Positions 1 to 4,439 of a stretch of 4,439 bases of DNA are shown here, piece after piece. The notes beneath the pieces are model-generated. The model ran no database searches, was not told the DNA's origin, and saw only the letters and a program-made list of their open reading frames with translations. Position 1 is the first letter of the stretch. Every line of letters starts with the position of its first letter. A program made the position numbers and the translations under genes. The stretch comes from a virus (taxonomy: Duplodnaviria > Heunggongvirae > Uroviricota > Caudoviricetes): the IMG/VR virus record IMGVR_UViG_3300023290_000107. One strand, given 5' to 3'.

Positions 1-1796
1 AGCTGCCGACGCTGCGCCAGCGCCTGTTCCGCTGCGTGAGTATCCGTGAGAACGATGACGGCACGTATGCCATCACCGCCGTGCAGCATGTACCGGAGAA
101 AGAAGCCATCGTGGATAACGGGGCGCACTTTGACGGTGACCAGAGCGGCACGGTGAATGGTGTCACGCCGCCAGCAGTGCAGCACCTGACCGCCGAAGTC
201 ACTGCAGACAGCGGGGAATATCAGGTGCTGGCGCGATGGGACACACCGAAGGTGGTGAAGGGCGTGAGCTTCCTGCTCCGTCTGACCGTAACAGCGGACG
301 ACGGCAGTGAGCGACTGGTCAGCACGGCCCGGACGACGGAAACCACATACCGCTTCACGCAACTGGCGCTGGGGAACTACAGGCTGACAGTCCGGGCGGT
401 AAATGCCCGGGGGCAGCAGGGCGATCCGGCGTCGGTATCGTTCCGGATTGCCGCACCGGCAGCGCCGTCGCGGATTGAGCTGACGCCGGGCTATTTTCAG
501 ATAACCGCCACGCCGCATCTTGCGGTTTATGATCCGACGGTACAGTTTGAGTTCTGGTTCTCGGAAAAGCGGATTGCGGATATCAGGCAGGTTGAAACCA
601 CAGCACGCTATCTTGGCACGGCGCTGTACTGGATAGCCGCCAGTATCAATATCAAACCGGGCCATGATTATTATTTTTACGTTCGCAGTGTGAACACCGT
701 TGGCAAATCGGCATTCGTGGAGGCTGTCGGTCGGGCGAGCGATGATGCGGAAGGTTACCTGGATTTTTTCAAAGGAGAAATCGGGAAAACACATCTGGCC
801 CAGGAGTTGTGGACGCAGATTGATAACGGTCAGCTTGCGCCGGACCTGGCTGAAATCAGGACGTCCATTACGAATGTCAGCAATGAAATCACGCAGACCG
901 TCAATAAAAAACTGGAAGACCAGAGTGCGGCAATCCAGCAGATACAGAAAGTTCAGGTTGATACAAATAATAACCTGAACAGCATGTGGGCCGTGAAACT
1001 GCAGCAGATGAAGGACGGACGCCTTTATATTGCGGGTATCGGAGCCGGTATTGAGAATACGCCAGCAGGTATGCAGAGTCAGGTGCTTCTGGCTGCTGAC
1101 CGGATTGCGATGATTAATCCTGCGAATGGCAACACAAAGCCGATGTTTGTTGGTCAGGGCGATCAGATATTCATGAACGACGTGTTCCTGAAACGCCTGA
1201 CGGCTCCGACCATTACCAGCGGCGGTAATCCTCCGGCATTTTCCCTGACACCGGACGGGCGGCTGACGGCGAAAAATGCCGATATCAGCGGTAACGTGAA
1301 TGCGAACTCCGGGACGCTCAACAACGTCACGATTAACGAGAACTGTCGGGTTCTGGGAAAATTGTCCGCCAACCAGATTGAAGGCGATCTCGTTAAAACA
1401 GTGGGCAAAGCTTTCCCCCGGGACTCCCGTGCACCGGAACGGTGGCCATCAGGGACCATCACCGTCAGGGTTTATGACGATCAGCCGTTTGACCGGCAGA
1501 TTGTTATTCCGGCGGTGGCATTCAGCGGCGCTAAACATGAGCGGGAGAATAACGATATTTATTCGTCATGCCGCCTGATAGTACGGAAAAACGGTGCTGA
1601 AATTTATAACCGTACCGCGCTGGATAATACGCTGATTTACAGTGGTGTTATTGATATGCCAGCTGGTCGCGGCCACATGACGCTGGAGTTTTCGGTGTCA
1701 GCATGGCTGGTGAATAACTGGTATCCCACAGCAAGTATCAGCGATTTGCTGGTTGTGGTGATGAAGAAAGCCACCGCAGGCATCAGTATCAGCTGA
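1..1796 (+). CDS. J: Tail-tip host specificity protein J, C-terminal ~597 codons (5'-partial; reading frame begins at nt 3 and is open to the window edge; stop TGA at 1794-1796)
   Basis: Frame 3 is open from nt 3 to 1796 with no stop. The translation ([45 protein letters not shown]...[30 protein letters not shown]...DMPAGRG...) matches, from memory, long stretches of the C-terminal half of phage lambda J (gpJ, central tail fibre), including the fibronectin-III-like region and the C-terminal receptor-binding region. The track ORF 36..1796 is the same frame from an internal GTG. Gene order J-lom-stf is as in lambda. Confidence 0.93.
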   Translation, partial: LPTLRQRLFRCVSIRENDDGTYAITAVQHVPEKEAIVDNGAHFDGDQSGTVNGVTPPAVQHLTAEVTADSGEYQVLARWDTPKVVKGVSFLLRLTVTADDGSERLVSTARTTETTYRFTQLALGNYRLTVRAVNARGQQGDPASVSFRIAAPAAPSRIELTPGYFQITATPHLAVYDPTVQFEFWFSEKRIADIRQVETTARYLGTALYWIAASINIKPGHDYYFYVRSVNTVGKSAFVEAVGRASDDAEGYLDFFKGEIGKTHLAQELWTQIDNGQLAPDLAEIRTSITNVSNEITQTVNKKLEDQSAAIQQIQKVQVDTNNNLNSMWAVKLQQMKDGRLYIAGIGAGIENTPAGMQSQVLLAADRIAMINPANGNTKPMFVGQGDQIFMNDVFLKRLTAPTITSGGNPPAFSLTPDGRLTAKNADISGNVNANSGTLNNVTINENCRVLGKLSANQIEGDLVKTVGKAFPRDSRAPERWPSGTITVRVYDDQPFDRQIVIPAVAFSGAKHERENNDIYSSCRLIVRKNGAEIYNRTALDNTLIYSGVIDMPAGRGHMTLEFSVSAWLVNNWYPTASISDLLVVVMKKATAGISIS

Positions 1797-1812
1797 ATTT
1801 TATAACCCATAT

Positions 1813-1842
1813 ACGGGCGCCAGAAATGGCGCCTTTTTTATT
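1813..1842 (+). terminator. Putative rho-independent terminator downstream of J
   Basis: Perfect inverted repeat GGCGCC (1816-1821) / 6-nt loop AGAAAT / GGCGCC (1828-1833), immediately followed by TTTTTTATT (1834-1842). Located 20 nt after the J stop codon. Confidence 0.6.
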
Positions 1843-1852
1843 GCAGAAAAGC

Positions 1853-1858
1853 GAGAGG
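1853..1858 (+). promoter_or_regulatory. Shine-Dalgarno sequence for lom (GAGAGG, 5-nt spacer to ATG at 1864)
   Basis: Purine-rich GAGAGG motif at appropriate spacing upstream of the only in-frame start codon of the lom ORF. Confidence 0.6.
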
Positions 1859-1863
1859 TAATT

Positions 1864-1935
1864 ATGCGTAAAGTTTGTGCAGCCATTTTGTCCGCAGCCA
1901 TCTGTCTGGCCGTATCCGGTGCGCCTGCATGGGCG
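1864..1935 (+). other. Sec signal peptide of Lom (24 codons, predicted signal peptidase I cleavage after AWA)
   Basis: Positively charged n-region (RK), hydrophobic core [12 protein letters not shown], and an A-x-A (AWA) cleavage motif followed by SEQQ. Confidence 0.7.
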
Positions 1936-2463
1936 TCTGAGCAGCAGGCCACACTGAGCGCAGGGTATCTTCATGCCCGTACGAACGCTCCCGGCAGCGA
2001 TAATCTGAACGGGATTAACGTGAAATACCATTATGAGTTTACGGACACGCTGGGGCTGATTACGTCATTCAGTTATGCCAACGCTGAAGATGAGCAAAAA
2101 ACGCATTACAGCGATACCCGCTGGCATGAAGATTCCGTGCGTAACCGCTGGTTCAGCGTGATGGCGGGGCCGTCTGTGCGCGTGAATGAATGGTTCAGCG
2201 CGTATGCGATGGCGGGTGTGGCTTACAGCCGTGTGTCGACTTTCTCCGGGGATTATCTGCAGGTGACCGACAATACGGGGAAAACGCACGATGTGCTGAT
2301 CGGAAGTGATGACGGTCGCCACAGCAACACGTCTCTGGCGTGGGGGGCTGGCGTGCAGTTTAACCCGACCGAATCCGTGACCATTGACCTTGCTTATGAA
2401 GGTTCCGGTAGTGGCGACTGGCGAACGGATGCATTTATTGTTGGTATCGGATACCGTTTCTGA
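1864..2463 (+). CDS. lom: Outer membrane protein Lom (Ail/Lom/OmpX family 8-stranded beta-barrel), 199 aa, prophage-encoded moron
   Basis: Complete ORF ATG 1864 to TGA 2461-2463. N-terminal signal peptide [24 protein letters not shown] with AWA-S cleavage motif. Alternating aromatic/hydrophobic beta-strand pattern and a C-terminal aromatic residue (…IGYRF) typical of outer-membrane beta-barrels. Sequence recognised as lambda Lom; sits between J and stf as in lambda. Confidence 0.93.
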   Translation: MRKVCAAILSAAICLAVSGAPAWASEQQATLSAGYLHARTNAPGSDNLNGINVKYHYEFTDTLGLITSFSYANAEDEQKTHYSDTRWHEDSVRNRWFSVMAGPSVRVNEWFSAYAMAGVAYSRVSTFSGDYLQVTDNTGKTHDVLIGSDDGRHSNTSLAWGAGVQFNPTESVTIDLAYEGSGSGDWRTDAFIVGIGYRF

Positions 2464-2566
2464 CAACAGACGCCGATTTATCTTCTGTAAATATTGTTAT
2501 GATACGCAGGTTCATCCACTTTATGGGGTGAACTGCGTTTGAGGAAACGTAAAGTTACACTGTCCT

Positions 2567-2601
2567 GAAGCCCGTGGCGTCACTGCTGCGGGCTTTTTTT
2601 A
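2567..2601 (+). terminator. Putative rho-independent terminator downstream of lom, immediately upstream of stf
   Basis: Stem AAGCCCG (2568-2574) pairs with CGGGCTT (2589-2595); inner pairs extend to 2577-2578/2585-2586, with a 6-nt loop GTCACT. Followed by a run of seven T (2594-2600). GC-rich stem plus U-tract is canonical intrinsic terminator architecture. Confidence 0.65.
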
Positions 2602-2603
2602 TT

Positions 2604-2609
2604 GGTGGA
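2604..2609 (+). promoter_or_regulatory. Shine-Dalgarno sequence for stf (GGTGGA, 5-nt spacer to ATG at 2615)
   Basis: Purine-rich motif at appropriate distance from the ATG that opens the long frame-2 ORF. Confidence 0.5.
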
Positions 2610-2614
2610 AAAGT

Positions 2615-4439
2615 ATGACAGTAAAAATTTCTGGCGTGCTTAAAGATGGCACAGGAAAACCAGTACAGAACTGCACCATTGTGCTGAAGGCCAGACGAAC
2701 CAGCAGCACGGTGGTGGTGAACACGGTGGCCTCTGAAAATCCGGATGAAGCCGGACGTTACAGCATGGATGTTGAGCATGGTCAGTACAGCGTCACCCTG
2801 CTGGTTGAAGGTTTTCCGCCTTCACATGCCGGGACCATTACCGTCTATGAAGGTTCCAGACCAGGTACGCTGAATGATTTTCTCGGTGCCATGACGGAGG
2901 ATGATGTCCGACCGGAGGCACTGCGCCGCTTTGAGCAGATGGTGGAAGAGGTGTCACGTAACGCCTCCGCGGTTGCACAGAATACGGCAGCCGCGAAAAA
3001 ATCAGCCAGCGATGCCAGTGCATCAGCCAGCGAGGCGGCAACTCATGCAACCGATGCTGCAGCCTCAGCACGTGCCGCCAGCACGTCAGCCGGACAGGCC
3101 GCGTCGTCGGCTCAGTCAGCGTCTTCCAGCGCAGGAACGGCATCGACAAAGGCCCGTGAAGCAGCAAAAAGTGCTGCTGCTGCAGAGTCATCAAAAAGCG
3201 CGGCAGCTACCAGCGCCAGTGCCGCGAAAACGTCAGAAACGAATGCCGCAGCGTCACAACAATCAGCAGCCACTTCTGCATCCACCGCGACCACGAAAGC
3301 GTCAGAAGCAGCCACTTCAGCACGGGATGCGTCGGCTTCAAAAGAGGCGGCAAAATCATCAGAAACGAACGCATCATCAAGCGCCAGTAGTGCCGCTTCC
3401 TCGGCAACGGCGGCAGGAAATTCCGCGAAGGCGGCAAAAACGTCCGAGACGAACGCCAGGTCTTCTGAAACGGCAGCGGGACAGAGCGCCTCGGCTGCGG
3501 CAGGCTCAAAAACAGCGGCTGCATCATCTGCCAGCGCCGCGTCAACAAGTGCCGGGCAGGCCTCAGCCAGTGCCACCGCTGCCGGAAAGTCGGCAGAAAG
3601 TGCCGCATCGTCTGCTTCAACAGCCACAACGAAGGCTGGCGAAGCCACTGAACAGGCCAGCGCAGCAGCGAGGTCTGCTTCCGCAGCGAAGACATCCGAA
3701 ACGAACGCGAAAGCGTCGGAAACCAGCGCAGAATCCTCAAAAACGGCTGCCGCATCGTCCGCCAGTTCGGCGGCGTCATCGGCATCATCTGCGTCTGCTT
3801 CAAAAGATGAGGCGACCAGACAGGCGTCAGCAGCAAAGGGCAGCGCCACGACGGCATCCACGAAGGCGACAGAGGCAGCTGGCAGTGCGACGGCGGCAGC
3901 TCAGAGCAAAAGTACGGCGGAATCCGCGGCAACGCGCGCTGAGACAGCGGCAAAACGGGCAGAGGATATTGCATCCGCCGTGGCGCTTGAGGATGCGAGC
4001 ACGACGAAAAAGGGGATAGTACAGCTCAGCAGTGCGACTAACAGCACTTCCGAGTCACTGGCGGCAACGCCAAAAGCCGTTAAGGCCGCGTATGAGCTGG
4101 CTAACGGGAAATACACCGCACAGGATGCAACGACAGCACAGAAAGGGATAGTTCAGCTTAGCAACGCGACCAACAGCACATCTGAAATGCTGGCGGCAAC
4201 GCCAAAGTCGGTAAAGGCAGCCTATGACCTTGCTAACGGGAAATATACTGCTCAGGACGCTACGACAGCACAAAAAGGAATTGTCCAGCTCAGTAGTGCA
4301 ACCAACAGCACATCTGAAATGCTGGCGGCAACGCCAAAGTCGGTAAAGGCAGCCTATGACCTTGCTAACGGGAAATATACTGCTCAGGACGCTACGACAG
4401 CACAAAAAGGAATTGTCCAGCTCAGTAGTGCAACCAACA
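2615..4439 (+). CDS. stf: Side tail fibre protein Stf, N-terminal 608 codons (3'-partial; ORF runs off the window end with no stop)
   Basis: ATG at 2615; the frame (codon starts = 2 mod 3) was translated by hand and is open to nt 4439. The N-terminus MTVKISGVLKDGTGKPVQNCTIVLKARRTSSTVVVNTVASENPDEAGRYSMDVEHGQYSVTLLVEGFPPSHAGTITVYE... closely resembles the lambda Stf (orf-401) N-terminus as I recall it. It is followed by an Ala/Ser-rich fibrous shaft and KGIVQLSSATNSTSE.LAATPKAVK tail-fibre repeat motifs. Absent from the supplied ORF track, evidently because no stop lies within the window. Confidence 0.92.
   Translation, partial: MTVKISGVLKDGTGKPVQNCTIVLKARRTSSTVVVNTVASENPDEAGRYSMDVEHGQYSVTLLVEGFPPSHAGTITVYEGSRPGTLNDFLGAMTEDDVRPEALRRFEQMVEEVSRNASAVAQNTAAAKKSASDASASASEAATHATDAAASARAASTSAGQAASSAQSASSSAGTASTKAREAAKSAAAAESSKSAAATSASAAKTSETNAAASQQSAATSASTATTKASEAATSARDASASKEAAKSSETNASSSASSAASSATAAGNSAKAAKTSETNARSSETAAGQSASAAAGSKTAAASSASAASTSAGQASASATAAGKSAESAASSASTATTKAGEATEQASAAARSASAAKTSETNAKASETSAESSKTAAASSASSAASSASSASASKDEATRQASAAKGSATTASTKATEAAGSATAAAQSKSTAESAATRAETAAKRAEDIASAVALEDASTTKKGIVQLSSATNSTSESLAATPKAVKAAYELANGKYTAQDATTAQKGIVQLSNATNSTSEMLAATPKSVKAAYDLANGKYTAQDATTAQKGIVQLSSATNSTSEMLAATPKSVKAAYDLANGKYTAQDATTAQKGIVQLSSATN
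2960..4000 (+). repeat. Degenerate 42-bp (14-codon) periodic repeat region encoding the Ala/Ser/Thr-rich shaft of Stf (~24 units)
   Basis: The protein segments cleanly into 14-mers, e.g. KTSETNAAASQQSA / ATSASTATTKASEA / ATSARDASASKEAA / KSSETNASSSASSA / ASSATAAGNSAKAA / KTSETNARSSETAA, with nearly every unit ending in A-A or E-A. The recurring K-[TS]-S-E-T-N-A motif starts at nt 3227, 3353, 3437 and 3689; the spacings 126, 84 and 252 bp are all exact multiples of 42. Confidence 0.8.
4001..4439 (+). repeat. 132-bp tandem direct repeats within stf (about 3.3 copies in window; unit encodes a 44-aa phage tail-fibre repeat)
   Basis: Units begin at the K codons at 4010, 4142, 4274 and 4406 (the last truncated by the window end). 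The encoded unit is KGIVQLS[S/N]ATNSTSE[S/M]LAATPK[A/S]VKAAY[E/D]LANGKYTAQDATTAQ. Nucleotides 4169-4307 are identical to 4301-4439, so the sequence is perfectly 132-periodic from 4169 to the end. Copy 1 (4010-4141) is the most diverged. Confidence 0.9.

Noticed and set aside
700-1578. Small ORFs inside J: 700..978 (+, 92 aa), 1300..1578 (+, 92 aa), 1163..1462 (-, 99 aa)
   Set aside because: All are embedded in alternative frames or antisense to the J CDS. Their Arg/Ser-rich composition is typical of out-of-frame translation of a GC-rich gene.
1700-1720. Chi-like sequence GCTGGTGA near the 3' end of J
   Set aside because: One mismatch from the Chi octamer GCTGGTGG, so not a canonical Chi site.
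1789-2031. 80-aa minus-strand ORF spanning the J-lom junction
   Set aside because: Overlaps the lom start and the J terminator on the opposite strand. Cys/Gly/Arg-rich with no supporting signals.
2065-2466. 133-aa minus-strand ORF fully overlapping lom
   Set aside because: Completely antisense to the well-supported lom CDS, with no recognisable domain features. A typical shadow ORF.
2499-2531. Tiny 10-codon ORF (MIRRFIHFMG) in the lom-stf spacer
   Set aside because: Too short, with no RBS. Most likely chance.
2555-3194. Minus-strand ORFs 2555..2779 (74 aa) and 2838..3194 (118 aa)
   Set aside because: Antisense to the stf 5' region. The first would run through the lom terminator and stf start. 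Neither has supporting signals.
3112-3974. Two overlapping minus-strand ORFs (3112..3861, 249 aa, Ala/Asp-rich; 3207..3974, 255 aa)
   Set aside because: Antisense shadows of the Ala/Ser-rich stf shaft. GC-rich repetitive codons leave long stop-free stretches on the opposite strand. No independent start or RBS context, and low-complexity products.
2901-4019. 372-aa + strand ORF rich in Arg/Pro/Gln/His
   Set aside because: It is the +2 shifted frame of the real stf gene. Its extreme basic, low-complexity composition and lack of RBS are what results from reading GCN/TCN/AAA-rich repeat DNA out of frame. The frame-2 product is a recognisable tail fibre.
3901-4405. Minus-strand ORFs 3901..4116 (71 aa) and 4055..4405 (116 aa, with an internally duplicated Cys/Arg-rich peptide)
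   Set aside because: Both are antisense to stf. The internal duplication in the 116-aa ORF is simply the 132-bp stf tandem repeat read on the opposite strand.
4001-4439. Possible CRISPR array suggested by regularly spaced direct repeats
   Set aside because: The repeats are 132 bp, contiguous without spacers and in-frame within a coding sequence. This is a protein tandem repeat, not repeat-spacer architecture.

Overview
This window is the distal tail-fibre module of a lambda-like (lambdoid) enterobacterial phage or prophage, with three genes all on the + strand. They are the 3' ~1.8 kb of the tail-tip host-specificity gene J (5'-truncated by the window edge), a complete lom gene (Ail/Lom-family outer-membrane beta-barrel, a classic lysogenic-conversion moron), and the 5' ~1.8 kb of the side tail fibre gene stf (open at the 3' window edge, so absent from the supplied ORF track). 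Rho-independent terminator hairpins follow J and lom. The stf portion has two layers of internal repetition: a ~1 kb Ala/Ser/Thr-rich shaft with a 42-bp (14-residue) period, then near-perfect 132-bp tandem repeats encoding a 44-residue tail-fibre repeat motif. I do not see a novel defence or other undescribed system; the points worth a second look are the repeat architecture of stf, the apparently divergent receptor-binding end of J, and the terminator-bracketed lom moron. All long minus-strand and alternate-frame ORFs in the track are shadows of these three genes. Gene identities rest on my recollection of lambda J, Lom and Stf protein sequences, not on a database search.
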